A DNA stretch of 64,000 nt from Minisyncoccota bacterium (GTDB taxonomy: Bacteria > Patescibacteriota > Minisyncoccia > Phycocordibacterales > UBA2100). The translations under genes were made by a program, and so were the position numbers. Shown piece by piece: positions 8,065 to 17,739 of this stretch. The DNA lies in the NCBI GenBank assembly GCA_035559235.1, contig DATMBM010000007.1:9475-73474 (forward strand), written 5' to 3'. The notes under the pieces were generated by a model, which made no database searches, had not been told where the DNA came from, and saw only the letters and a list, made by a program, of their open reading frames with translations. Each line of letters opens with the position of its first letter. Within the stretch, counting starts at the first letter, position 1.

Positions 8065-9132
8065 ATGACCGCGGACCGCAACAAAAAAATAGCAGTAAAA
8101 CAGGGAATCACCCTCTCCTTTTCCCCGAAGGCCGTTTCAAAAGACCTCCTGCAAGGCCTCCCGGAGCGTGCCCGTCGCGTTCTTATCGACCGCTTTGGAC
8201 TCGCGGGGACCGGCAAGGGCCGGACGCTCGAAGCAATCGGCAAAGAGTACGGCATCACCCGCGAGCGCGTCCGTCAGATCGAGTCCAGCGGCATTGCGAG
8301 CGTTCGCGAATCGAGCGCCTACGCACAACACGGAAAAACGTGGGAAGAACTGAAGCGCGTCGTCCACGAACTTGGCGGTGCGTTGCCTGAAAGTCTCATC
8401 CTCGCGGAGATCGCGAAGAACGACCAGGACCGCAATCACACGCTCTTTCTCCTCACCGTCGGCCACCATTTCGGCGAGAAGCGTGAGGATGCGGATTTTC
8501 ACCGCCGTTGGCACGTGGATGCGTCGCTCATGGAAGCGATCGAAGGCGCGCTCACGAAGTTGTACGAATCCATCGAACCGATGGCGCTTCTTTCTGAAGA
8601 CGATTTCTTTGACGAATTTTCCCGTAACCTCAAAGACACCGGCGCACGGGCGCGCGATGTCGAGATCATGCGGCGCTGGCTCGCGCTCTCAAAGCGCCTC
8701 GCGCGCAATCCGCTTGGCGAGTGGGGACGCGTTGAGTCCCCGCATGTCCGCATCAAGAATACGCGTGATTTTGCTTATCTGACGCTGAAGCGTCACGGCT
8801 CCCCGATGCACTTTACGGAAGTCGCGCGCGGCATCCGCGAACTGTTCCGTCGTGAGGCGCACCCTGCGACGACCCACAACGAACTCATCAAGGACGAGCG
8901 CTTCGTGCTTGTCGGGCGCGGCTTGTACGCGCTCAAGGAATGGGGCTATGCCCCCGGCGTTGTGCGCGACGTCATCCGCAACATCCTCATGCGCGATGGC
9001 GCGCTTACGCGCGAAGAAATCATCGATCGGGTGAAGCGCGAACGCTACGTCAAGGACGCGACGATCGTCGTCAACCTCCAACACACGGAATTTAAGCGCG
9101 ACAATGAAGGGAAGTACATCGTCAGCCGATAG
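8065..9132 (+). CDS. Sigma-70 region-4 HTH fused to HARE-HTH domains (Parcubacteria-type)
   Basis: RFGL...TLEAIGKEYGITRERVRQIE; C-terminal PMHFTEV...THNELIKDERFVLVGRGLYAL; no sigma region 2. Confidence 0.8.
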   Translation: MTADRNKKIAVKQGITLSFSPKAVSKDLLQGLPERARRVLIDRFGLAGTGKGRTLEAIGKEYGITRERVRQIESSGIASVRESSAYAQHGKTWEELKRVVHELGGALPESLILAEIAKNDQDRNHTLFLLTVGHHFGEKREDADFHRRWHVDASLMEAIEGALTKLYESIEPMALLSEDDFFDEFSRNLKDTGARARDVEIMRRWLALSKRLARNPLGEWGRVESPHVRIKNTRDFAYLTLKRHGSPMHFTEVARGIRELFRREAHPATTHNELIKDERFVLVGRGLYALKEWGYAPGVVRDVIRNILMRDGALTREEIIDRVKRERYVKDATIVVNLQHTEFKRDNEGKYIVSR

Positions 9133-9205
9133 TTTTTACGTATCGCTTTCACCGGCCTTTGCGCCTGCTCTGTAAGCGCGCGCCGTTCAATGGTACACTT
9201 ATCCT

Positions 9206-10669
9206 ATGCCTAAAAAGGCAGAAAAGGGATTTGCCGATTCGCTATTTGAATCGCTGGCTGGCGGGATCGAGTATGTCATTGAGCCTCCCAAGGAGACGCT
9301 CTGGCATACGATCACGCACAAGTGGCTCTCCATCACCGCGTGGGTCGAATATATTTCGGAAGATTGGAACGTTTCCCGCGGCGTATTTCTGATTGGACTC
9401 TATGTGCCGCTCTACATCACCGCAGCATCGCTCGTGCCGCAGTTTTCAAGTCTCGTCGGGGGTTGGATTTTGTTCGCGCTACCGGTCCTGGCGCCTGCTG
9501 CTGCCATCGCGGGTTTTTGGGGCGTATGGATGCTGTATGTGCAATCGCTCTTCGTCTTTACGCGCACCGATCCCATCCTTCTGGAAGTAAAAATGCCGAC
9601 CGACATCACGAAATCACCCCGCGCGATGGAACAGGTGTTTGCGAATCTTTGGATCAGGTACAACGAGACAACCTTCATCGACCGCAACTGGTACGGCGGC
9701 GTGCGCCCGTATTTTTCCTTCGAGCTTGCGTCATTCGGCGGCGACGTCCACTTCTATATCTGGACGAGGCGCATGTTTAAAAACACGATTGAAGCGAATC
9801 TGTACGCCCAATATCCGGAAGTGGAGGTTGTCGAGGCGGAAGACTATGCCGCGAAATTTGTGTACGACGAAAGCGTCGAGTGTTTCGTAACCGAATACGG
9901 ACTCGATTCAGCGATGGCAAGGTGGACGTGGGAGGACACGCTTGATCCATTACACGCGAAAATTAACGCGTACACACCGAAGACGTACGTTGATTTTGAA
10001 CTCGACAAAGACCCAAAAGAAGAACACCGGGTCGACCCATTTGCGTCAGTAATTGAGGTGCTCAGTTCGATCAACAAGAACGAGCAGATGTGGGTCCAAA
10101 TGGTCATCCGCGCACACCTCAAAAGTTCGTGGCGGGAAACCGTTGAGGCGGAAGTCGAAAAAATTCGCAAGGAATCAACAATACTGAAGGACGCGCAAGA
10201 AGATCCGGATGCGGTTGGCTTCCCGCGCCCGACGTGGAAGCAGACCGAACAGATTCGCATCATGGAGCGGCACCTTTCGAAATTACCGTTCGAAGTCGGA
10301 TTCCGCGGCATTTATTCCGCGCCCGCAAACAAGATGCGCGGCCCCGAATACACAATGATGCGCTGGATCTACCGGCCGTTTGCAAATCCAAACTGGATGT
10401 CGGTCCTCCGCCCGCGCCGCGGCCACAATATTTTCGATTTTGCCTGGCAGGATTGGAACGGAATCCGGTATCGCCTCATCTCACGACGCTTCATCGATGC
10501 GTACCGCCGTCGCTGTTTCTTCAATTATCCGTGGATTACCCCGCATCACATTTTCTCGACCGAGGTACTTGCGACCTTGTGGCACCCACCTTCATCGACG
10601 GTACAAGCTCCGGGTCTCGCGCGTATTCCGGTTGCAAAAGCTGAAGCACCCGCGAACCTGCCGATATAA
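9206..10669 (+). CDS. Conserved CPR membrane-anchored protein (DUF8128-like)
   Basis: Two TM then LLEVKMPTDITKSPRAMEQVF, FSFELAS, YAQYPEVEV, ELATLWHPP-like, KAEAPANLP motifs recalled from Parcubacteria proteins. Confidence 0.6.
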   Translation: MPKKAEKGFADSLFESLAGGIEYVIEPPKETLWHTITHKWLSITAWVEYISEDWNVSRGVFLIGLYVPLYITAASLVPQFSSLVGGWILFALPVLAPAAAIAGFWGVWMLYVQSLFVFTRTDPILLEVKMPTDITKSPRAMEQVFANLWIRYNETTFIDRNWYGGVRPYFSFELASFGGDVHFYIWTRRMFKNTIEANLYAQYPEVEVVEAEDYAAKFVYDESVECFVTEYGLDSAMARWTWEDTLDPLHAKINAYTPKTYVDFELDKDPKEEHRVDPFASVIEVLSSINKNEQMWVQMVIRAHLKSSWRETVEAEVEKIRKESTILKDAQEDPDAVGFPRPTWKQTEQIRIMERHLSKLPFEVGFRGIYSAPANKMRGPEYTMMRWIYRPFANPNWMSVLRPRRGHNIFDFAWQDWNGIRYRLISRRFIDAYRRRCFFNYPWITPHHIFSTEVLATLWHPPSSTVQAPGLARIPVAKAEAPANLPI

Positions 10670-10678
10670 TCACCGTCC

Positions 10679-11722
10679 ATGGATTGGGAACAAATACGTC
10701 AGTACGCATACCGTGTGTTCGAGTGGCTGTATTACGAGCCATCGCGCCTGGCACAGGAGTGGCGCGAGCAGGCAAACCAGCGTTCGATCGTCATCATTGT
10801 CGCCGGCGGGCTCACGGCGCTCCTGTTGTACGTGCTTGCCATCGCGCCGCCCAGGGAATTTCCCGTCGGGACACTGGTAACGGTACCGGAAGGAGCATCT
10901 GCCGCGGAAGTGGGCACCATGCTCGAAGAGCAGGGGGTCATACAGGAATCGCACGTCTTCCGGATTGCGGTGCAAATTCTTGGCCGCGACCGCGGCGTGC
11001 GCGCGGGTGATTACCTTTTCAAGGAGCCGAAGGACGTGTTTTCAGTTGCGCGGGCAATTACGACCGGTGCCTTCGGTCTTGAGCCTATCCGCATCCGCAT
11101 CCTCGAAGGCGCGACCACGCGAGACATGGCAAAAGTGTATGCAACGCACCTGCAGCGATTCAACGCGGAAAAATTTCTCGCAAAGGCGCAGCCGCAGGAA
11201 GGGTACCTTTTCCCGGACACTTACTTTTTTCTTCCAAACGCGACGGAAGATACCGTGATCGAGGCGATGCGGCAAAATTTTGATGCGCAGATTGAATCGC
11301 TCTCGAAAGACATCGAAGAATCAGGCAGGACGCTCAACGATATCGTGATTATGGCTTCGCTTCTGGAAAAAGAGGCGCACAATTACACGGATCGTCGGCG
11401 GATCGCGGGCGTCTTATGGCGTCGCATCAGGATCAATATGGCGCTCCAGGTCGACGCGGCATTCTTGTATTCGCTTGGACGCACGACGTTTTCCCTCACC
11501 AAAGCGGACCTCGCGAACGAGGAGGACCCGTACAATACGTATGTGCACAAGGGACTGCCGCCCGGCGCGATTGGGAGCCCCTCGCTCGCATCGCTTCGCG
11601 CGGCGCTCAACCCGATTGACGAAGGGTATTTGTTTTATCTCGCGGACCGCAACCACGTGACGCATTATTCGAAGACGTACGAAGAGCATTTGCGGAAGAA
11701 GGCGTTGTATTTAGGGACCTAA
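10679..11722 (+). CDS. mltG: Endolytic transglycosylase MltG
   Basis: EGYLFPDTY, MASLLEKE, LQVDA, PYNTY..GLPPGAI. Confidence 0.93.
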   Translation: MDWEQIRQYAYRVFEWLYYEPSRLAQEWREQANQRSIVIIVAGGLTALLLYVLAIAPPREFPVGTLVTVPEGASAAEVGTMLEEQGVIQESHVFRIAVQILGRDRGVRAGDYLFKEPKDVFSVARAITTGAFGLEPIRIRILEGATTRDMAKVYATHLQRFNAEKFLAKAQPQEGYLFPDTYFFLPNATEDTVIEAMRQNFDAQIESLSKDIEESGRTLNDIVIMASLLEKEAHNYTDRRRIAGVLWRRIRINMALQVDAAFLYSLGRTTFSLTKADLANEEDPYNTYVHKGLPPGAIGSPSLASLRAALNPIDEGYLFYLADRNHVTHYSKTYEEHLRKKALYLGT

Positions 11723-11824
11723 CACCAGAAGTGCTTCTCTCGGGTCGCTATCTGCGCGCGCTCGCGCAGCGCTCCGCCTCGGCGCCGACGCGCCTATGAA
11801 GACCCTCATGAAGCATTTCTGGTG
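11723..11824. repeat. 102-bp inverted-repeat-bounded multi-stem intergenic element (REP/MITE-like)
   Basis: CACCAGAAGTGCTTC ... GAAGCATTTCTGGTG (14/15) with inner GGGTC/GACCC and CTGCGCG-cgct-CGCGCAG. Confidence 0.55.
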
Positions 11825-11864
11825 ATAGGTTGTGGGTTGCGATGATGAAGTATAATCTGCCGCC

Positions 11865-12884
11865 ATGGGGCAAACGGTATTTGTAGGACTTTCGGGCGGC
11901 GTCGACAGCGCAGTCTCTGCCGCGCTTTTGAAGAGTGAGGGCTACAACGTCATCGGCGCGTTCATCAAAATATGGCGGCCGGAATTTATCGATTGCCCCT
12001 GGCAGGAAGATCGGCTCGACGCAATGCGCGTCTGCGCCTCGCTTCAAATCCCGTTCAAAGAAATCGATCTCTCCGAGGAATACAAAACGACGGTCATCGA
12101 TGACATGGTGGCCAATTACGCGCGTGGCATTACGCCGAACCCCGACGTCCTCTGCAATCGGAATATCAAATTTGGAGCTTTTGCATCGTGGGCGCGCGAG
12201 AATGGCGCAGACTTCGTCGCAACCGGGCACTACGCCCGGAATATCGGAGCGAGTTTGTATCGCGGGGTGGATTCAAACAAGGACCAATCGTACTTCCTGT
12301 GGCAGCTGACAAAGGCGGATCTCGAGCGCGTACTGTTCCCGGTTGGCGGACTCGCGAAACCCGAAGTACGCGCCCACGCCGAGCGACTGAATCTTCCGGT
12401 AGCTCGGAAGAAAGACAGCCAAGGGCTCTGTTTTGTCGGCGATGTGACGATGCGTGATTTTCTTGCGCACTATGTGCCGCTTGAAAAGGGAACAGTGCTC
12501 GATGAAAAAGGGAGCGTGATCGGCGAGCACGACGGCGCGGCACTTTATACGCTCGGGGAGCGGCACGGCTTTCGCGTCACGACTCGCTCCGCGCACAATG
12601 ATCCGCATTACGTCATCGGGATCGATACGAACGCGAACACGATAACAGTCTCGCCCGATCGGACGAAAGCATCAAGAAAAAAAGTAACGCTTATCGACAC
12701 CAATTGGCTGCATACACCACAGGGAGAACTGCAGGCACAAACCCGGTATCGGGAAACGCCGGTTGCCTGCACGGTATCCGGCGCGACCGTCACGTTCATG
12801 GAGCCGCATTTCGCGCCGCCCGGGCAATCGCTCGTCGTATATGATGGGGATAAGCTTGTCGGCGGAGGCATCATTGCGCCGTAA
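11865..12884 (+). CDS. mnmA: tRNA 2-thiouridine(34) synthase MnmA
   Basis: SGGVDS, PNPDVLCN, ATGHY, KDQSYFL, DSQGLCF. Confidence 0.97.
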   Translation: MGQTVFVGLSGGVDSAVSAALLKSEGYNVIGAFIKIWRPEFIDCPWQEDRLDAMRVCASLQIPFKEIDLSEEYKTTVIDDMVANYARGITPNPDVLCNRNIKFGAFASWARENGADFVATGHYARNIGASLYRGVDSNKDQSYFLWQLTKADLERVLFPVGGLAKPEVRAHAERLNLPVARKKDSQGLCFVGDVTMRDFLAHYVPLEKGTVLDEKGSVIGEHDGAALYTLGERHGFRVTTRSAHNDPHYVIGIDTNANTITVSPDRTKASRKKVTLIDTNWLHTPQGELQAQTRYRETPVACTVSGATVTFMEPHFAPPGQSLVVYDGDKLVGGGIIAP

Positions 12885-12893
12885 AATAAAGGA

Positions 12894-13766
12894 GTGCCGC
12901 AGATTTGGATCATAAAGGCCGACGGGGAGAAGGAGTTGTTCGATCCGCGAAAGCTGGACCATTCGCTGCAACGGGCCGGCGCTAATCCGGATGCGCGCAA
13001 GCAGATTTTGCAGGCAATCGAGAACGAGCTGGAAGACGGCATGCGTACGGAAGACATCTATGCGCGTGCATTTGACATGTTGCGCTCCGGCGCTGCGCCG
13101 GCGGTTGCCGCGCGCTATTCCGTAAAGCGCGCGATTTTCGCATTAGGGCCGTCCGGCTTCCCGTTCGAGCAGTTTTTCGCGGAAATTCTCAAGGCGCATG
13201 GTTGGCACACGAAAACCGGCGTGGCACTTACCGGTCGCTGCGCGCCGCACGAAGTCGATGTGCTTGCGGAGAAAGCGGGCCGACGTGTCGGGATCGAAGC
13301 GAAATTCCACAACGAGCCGGGTGGCAAGACGGACATCAAGGACGCACTGTACGTGTATGCGCGGTACGAAGACCTGCGTCGTTCCCCCGAGAAGTCGTCG
13401 CGCGTCGATGAGGGATGGCTCGTGACGAATACGCGCTTCACGCGCAACGCGATTCGGTACGCGCAGTGTTCCAACCTCACGCTTATCGGCTGGGATTATC
13501 CGCGCAACCGCGGGTTGATGCATATGATCGAGGAAGCGCGGGTGCATCCGTTGACGGCGCTCACGACGCTTAGCGAGGGCGAGAAGCGTCGCCTGATGGA
13601 GAACAAGATCGTGCTTTGCAAGCACGTACAGAGCCCGCATCTGTTGCAGGAATACGGCGTGAAGCCCGACCGCATCCAAAAAGTAATGGAAGAAGCGAAA
13701 TATCTCTGCCAGCCGGTGTGGTCGGAGGCGCCGCAATTCACAGCACACGGCGTCGCGACGCACTGA
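12894..13766 (+). CDS. ATP-cone domain fused to Mrr-like PD-(D/E)XK endonuclease
   Basis: IIKADGEKELFDPRKL ATP-cone; GFPFE, HEVDV...IEAKFH, GWLVTNTRFT. Confidence 0.8.
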   Translation: MPQIWIIKADGEKELFDPRKLDHSLQRAGANPDARKQILQAIENELEDGMRTEDIYARAFDMLRSGAAPAVAARYSVKRAIFALGPSGFPFEQFFAEILKAHGWHTKTGVALTGRCAPHEVDVLAEKAGRRVGIEAKFHNEPGGKTDIKDALYVYARYEDLRRSPEKSSRVDEGWLVTNTRFTRNAIRYAQCSNLTLIGWDYPRNRGLMHMIEEARVHPLTALTTLSEGEKRRLMENKIVLCKHVQSPHLLQEYGVKPDRIQKVMEEAKYLCQPVWSEAPQFTAHGVATH

Positions 13767-13784
13767 TCGCGATACAATTATCGT

Positions 13785-14246
13785 ATGGACCCCGCAGTCG
13801 TCATGTTTGGCCAACTCATCCTCGCCGCGTTTCTTGGTGCGCTTATGGGCGCCGAACGTTCGGTGATAGCGCGGCAGCAAGCCGGCATGCGCACGTACGC
13901 GCTCGTATCGCTTGGCGCGTGCGCATTCGTCATCGCGGGCACGTATATCGATGCGCAATATCTTAATGCAAATTTTGATCCCGCGCGCGTGGCCGCCGCG
14001 ATCGTGCAGGGGGTTGGCTTCATCGGTGCGGGGCTGATTTTCATGCGGGGAGAGAATGTCCACGGCATAACGACCGCGGCAGGACTTTGGGTATCGGCCT
14101 CGATCGGCGTCCTTGTCGCATTTGGGATGTACTCGATCGCGGTTTTTGCGTCCGCGCTTACGCTCGGTATCTTTTTCGGGCTGTGGTATATCGAACAAAC
14201 GATGAAGCGCTGGCACGCCGACGAAAAATGCCAAAACAACGCGTGA
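13785..14246 (+). CDS. MgtC/SapB family protein
   Basis: GAER, AGMRTYALV, DPARVAAAIVQGVGFIGAG, GITTAA. Confidence 0.92.
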   Translation: MDPAVVMFGQLILAAFLGALMGAERSVIARQQAGMRTYALVSLGACAFVIAGTYIDAQYLNANFDPARVAAAIVQGVGFIGAGLIFMRGENVHGITTAAGLWVSASIGVLVAFGMYSIAVFASALTLGIFFGLWYIEQTMKRWHADEKCQNNA

Positions 14247-14292
14247 ATTCATGAATACTGTTTCGTGAACGCTGCGGTGGTATACTTCGGCG

Positions 14293-15114
14293 ATGTCGCA
14301 GTACTACAAGCCTGACCGAAACGCCGCGTGGAATTACGGCGGCAAGAATTTCCGGCTGTCGCGCTCGAAAATCGGCCTCTTCCAAGAGTGCCCGCGCTGT
14401 TTTTACATCGACAACAAGCTCGGCACGGGCCGCCCACCGGGCTATCCGTTCAGCCTCAACTCGGCAGTCGACGCGCTTTTGAAAAAGGAATTCGACATCC
14501 ACCGCAATGGCAAGACGTCGCACCCGCTGATGGAGCAATACGGCATCAACGCCGTGCCATTTCAGCATCCGAAAATGGACATTTGGCGCGAGACGTTCAA
14601 GGGGATCGAACATCGGCATGAACCGACGGGCTTTGTGGTGTGCGGCGCTGTCGACGATGTGTGGGTGAACCCGAACGAAGAACTCATCATCGTCGATTAC
14701 AAATCGACCAGCAAGGACGAAAAGATCGAGGAGCTGAACAAGGATTGGCACGATGGCTACAAGCGGCAGATGGAAGTCTATCAGTGGCTGTTCAGGCAAA
14801 ACGGCTTTGCGGTTTCCGATACCGGCTACTTCGTCTACGCAAATGCCGACAAAGATAAAAAAGCCTTCGACGGAATCCTTGAATTCGACGTAACCCTCGT
14901 GCCGCACAAGGGCAGCGACGCGTGGGTTGAACCGACGCTGTTCAAGATCAAGGAATGTCTCGAGAGCGAAAAGCTCCCATCCGTTGGAGACGGCTGCGAT
15001 TACTGCATCTACCGGGAAACCGTGGGAAAAAAGCTGCAAGCGTTTATGCCCAAGAAATCGCCGATCAAGGTAAAATCGATGCCGAAGGGCACACAGGCTG
15101 CACTCGATTTTTGA
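14293..15114 (+). CDS. PD-(D/E)XK nuclease, Cas4/RecB-like
   Basis: LSRSK..CPRC, GAVDD, IVDYKS, RQMEVY, CDYC. Confidence 0.85.
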   Translation: MSQYYKPDRNAAWNYGGKNFRLSRSKIGLFQECPRCFYIDNKLGTGRPPGYPFSLNSAVDALLKKEFDIHRNGKTSHPLMEQYGINAVPFQHPKMDIWRETFKGIEHRHEPTGFVVCGAVDDVWVNPNEELIIVDYKSTSKDEKIEELNKDWHDGYKRQMEVYQWLFRQNGFAVSDTGYFVYANADKDKKAFDGILEFDVTLVPHKGSDAWVEPTLFKIKECLESEKLPSVGDGCDYCIYRETVGKKLQAFMPKKSPIKVKSMPKGTQAALDF

Positions 15115-15126
15115 TATGCTGCACGT

Positions 15127-15381
15127 ATGAAAACATTTCGCGAAAAAGTATTGGACCTCGTCAGGAAAATCCCCAAGGGTGGTTCGATGACGTACAAACA
15201 AGTCGCGCTGCGAGCGGGAAACCCCAAGGCGGCGCGCGCCGTGGGAGCGATCATGCGCACGAATTACGATCCGACGGTGCCATGTCACCGTGTCGTTCAT
15301 TCCGACGGTTCGATCGGCAACTACAACCGCGGCGGCACTGAGCGCAAACGGGAAATTTTGAAGGCCGAGGGCTACCTGTGA
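15127..15381 (+). CDS. Minimal O6-alkylguanine alkyltransferase (MGMT family, C-terminal domain only)
   Basis: IPKG..TYKQVA, AARAVG, PCHRVV with acceptor Cys, LKAEG. Confidence 0.88.
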   Translation: MKTFREKVLDLVRKIPKGGSMTYKQVALRAGNPKAARAVGAIMRTNYDPTVPCHRVVHSDGSIGNYNRGGTERKREILKAEGYL

Positions 15382-15393
15382 TAGAGTAGCCCG

Positions 15394-17418
15394 ATGTTTG
15401 CACCTCCTCGCGCGCCGCAACAACCGCAAGAATTCCTTCTTCACGACACGAAGCGCGTCGATGAGTACGCATGGTTGCAAGATGGCACGAGTGAAAGCGT
15501 GCAGGAATACTTGCGGGCGGAAAACCGATACGCCGAGCGCTTCATGCGGCCGCTATTGCCGCTGCGCAGAAAGCTCTACAAGGAAATCAGGGGTCGGATC
15601 GTCGAGAACGACATGTCCGTGCCGGTCAAGGACGGGCCGTATGATTACTACGTGCGGACAAAAAAAGGCAAGCAGTACCCCATCCATTGCCGGCGTGAGG
15701 GCGAGAAAGGGAAAGAGCAAGTCATCCTTGATGAGAATGAGCTTGCAAAGGGGTCAAAGTATTTTGCGCTCGGCGCCGCCGAAACATCTCCCGACCATCG
15801 GCTTTTGGCGTACACCGTCGATACGATTGGCAACGAAAACTACACGCTTTTCATCAAAAATGTGGAGACCGGAGAACTCCTCAAAGAGCGGATGACTTCG
15901 GTTGGTGACATCGTGTGGGCGGAAGACGGGGAGCACCTGCTCTACACGCTTGAAGAGCACCCGTTTCCGCCGCGTCGCGTGTATCGCCACAAGCTTGGCG
16001 ACGCGCAAACGAATGACGTGCTCGTATACGAAGAACATGACCCGCAGTGGTACGTATCGATCGGCAAGAGCCGGAGCCGAGATTTTATTTTTGTCCAGGC
16101 GGGAAATTACAAGATGACGGAGGTGCGCTACCTTCCGGCGCGGGAGCCGGCGCAAGAACTTACCTTGCTTGCGGCTCGCACCAAAGGCGTGCGCTATTAC
16201 GTCGAGCATCATGGCGATTTCTTCTACATTTTGACCAACGAAAAAGCGATCCAGTACAAGATCATGCGCACGCCGGTCCAGTATCCGGACAAGGCGCATT
16301 GGAAGCCCTGGCTGGCGCACGACGCGTCGCGGGCCATCACAGGCTTCATCCCGTTTGCGTCGTTTATTGTACTCACGATGCGCGAACGCGGCTCGGAAGA
16401 AATATATGTTTCGTCGCCGGATAAGCGGATGTATCGCGTTGTGTTGCCCGAAGGCGAGCACGCAATAGATGTCTCGACAGATATCGAATATGCGTCGTCT
16501 TCGATTCGCTTCTCGTACTCGTCGCCGACGTCACCGAATACGGTGTTCGATTATGACGTCTTTGCGCGGACGTTCCGGGAGAGGAAAAAACAAAACGTCC
16601 CGGGATATCGGAAAGAATTGTATGTGTCGAAGCGCGTGTGGGCGAGAAACGGTACTGTGCGCATTCCCATCGTCATCGTGCGAAAACGCACCACGAAGAT
16701 CAACGGGAAGGCGCCGCTCCTCCTTGAGGCATATGGGTCGTACGGCATTTGCAACGATCCGCAGTTTTCCGTGGCGCGTCTTTCACTTCTGGATCGCGGA
16801 TGCATCGTCGCCCTGGCGCATCCTCGCGGCGGCGGAGAGATGGGCTGGCGCTGGCACAAGGATGCGCATCTCCTGACAAAGCACCGAACGTCCGACGATT
16901 TTATCGCATGCGCCGAATATCTCATGCGTCACCAGTACACGTCTCGCGACAAACTGGCAATCGCGGGAGGCAGCGCCGGTGGGATGTTGATGGGACAAGT
17001 CATGAACAAGCGTCCCGAATTATTCGCCGCGGCGCTTGTCTACGTCCCGGCGGCGGATCTCATCACCTCGCTTCTCGACGAATCGCTTGCCGGCACACGG
17101 CTTCACTACGACGAGATCGGCGATCCCCGTATCCGTAGGCACTACCGGTACCTGTTGCGCCAATCGCCGTACGAAAACGTCCGCGCCACGCGCTATCCGG
17201 CCATATTGGTGCGCGCATCGGTACACGATATTCGCACACCGTATTGGGAAGCGGCGAAGTGGGTCGCGCGCCTGCGCGCACGGAAGACCGACTCAAATCC
17301 GCTCCTGTTCAAAACCGAGCTCGACGGCGGTCATTTTGGGAAAAGCGGCCGATACGAATGGATCAAGGAAAAGGCCTTTGATTACGCGTTTTTACTCTCT
17401 ATACTTCAAGGCAGGTAA
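15394..17418 (+). CDS. ptrB: Oligopeptidase B (S9A)
   Basis: DEYAWL, YGSYG, RGGGEMG, GGSAGG, DIRT, GGHFG. Confidence 0.9.
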   Translation: MFAPPRAPQQPQEFLLHDTKRVDEYAWLQDGTSESVQEYLRAENRYAERFMRPLLPLRRKLYKEIRGRIVENDMSVPVKDGPYDYYVRTKKGKQYPIHCRREGEKGKEQVILDENELAKGSKYFALGAAETSPDHRLLAYTVDTIGNENYTLFIKNVETGELLKERMTSVGDIVWAEDGEHLLYTLEEHPFPPRRVYRHKLGDAQTNDVLVYEEHDPQWYVSIGKSRSRDFIFVQAGNYKMTEVRYLPAREPAQELTLLAARTKGVRYYVEHHGDFFYILTNEKAIQYKIMRTPVQYPDKAHWKPWLAHDASRAITGFIPFASFIVLTMRERGSEEIYVSSPDKRMYRVVLPEGEHAIDVSTDIEYASSSIRFSYSSPTSPNTVFDYDVFARTFRERKKQNVPGYRKELYVSKRVWARNGTVRIPIVIVRKRTTKINGKAPLLLEAYGSYGICNDPQFSVARLSLLDRGCIVALAHPRGGGEMGWRWHKDAHLLTKHRTSDDFIACAEYLMRHQYTSRDKLAIAGGSAGGMLMGQVMNKRPELFAAALVYVPAADLITSLLDESLAGTRLHYDEIGDPRIRRHYRYLLRQSPYENVRATRYPAILVRASVHDIRTPYWEAAKWVARLRARKTDSNPLLFKTELDGGHFGKSGRYEWIKEKAFDYAFLLSILQGR

Positions 17419-17433
17419 GAAACGGAGGTACAC

Positions 17434-17679
17434 ATGGCCCGCACAAAAGGCCATCGGCATCGATGGCAGTACAAAGGCGGGCTCGGTCGCTGGTACGTGT
17501 GCCGCGTCAAGTCCTGCCAAGTCATTGGAGATCGCTTCGCGCCGGGAGGACGTGGGCAGGTGACACCGCGCCGCTGCAACCATGCGGAATGCACAATGCC
17601 TGCGGTCCGACTCTTCGTCGGAGTCGGGACGTTCTGTCTCAGACACAGCAAGAAGTACCAAGGCGGTGATCCCTTCTGA
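17434..17679 (+). CDS. Small Cys/His-rich hypothetical protein (81 aa)
   Basis: SD GGAGG; HxHxW, Cx4C, Cx4C, Cx2H; fills the gap between ptrB and alaS. Confidence 0.55.
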   Translation: MARTKGHRHRWQYKGGLGRWYVCRVKSCQVIGDRFAPGGRGQVTPRRCNHAECTMPAVRLFVGVGTFCLRHSKKYQGGDPF

Positions 17680-17739
17680 TCACCGTCTTTGCCGTGGGAA
17701 GGTAGCGTGCATACGTGCTTCGTGGTATTTTTCGCCAGT

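Noticed and set aside
14293-15114. CRISPR-Cas locus around the Cas4-like nuclease
   Set aside because: No repeat-spacer array and no cas1/cas2 or effector genes seen in the window
5792-15480. Long antisense ORFs (e.g. 5792-6925, 6253-7158, 13143-14252, 14158-15480)
   Set aside because: Shadow ORFs opposite well-supported genes in GC-rich coding DNA; no recognisable motifs
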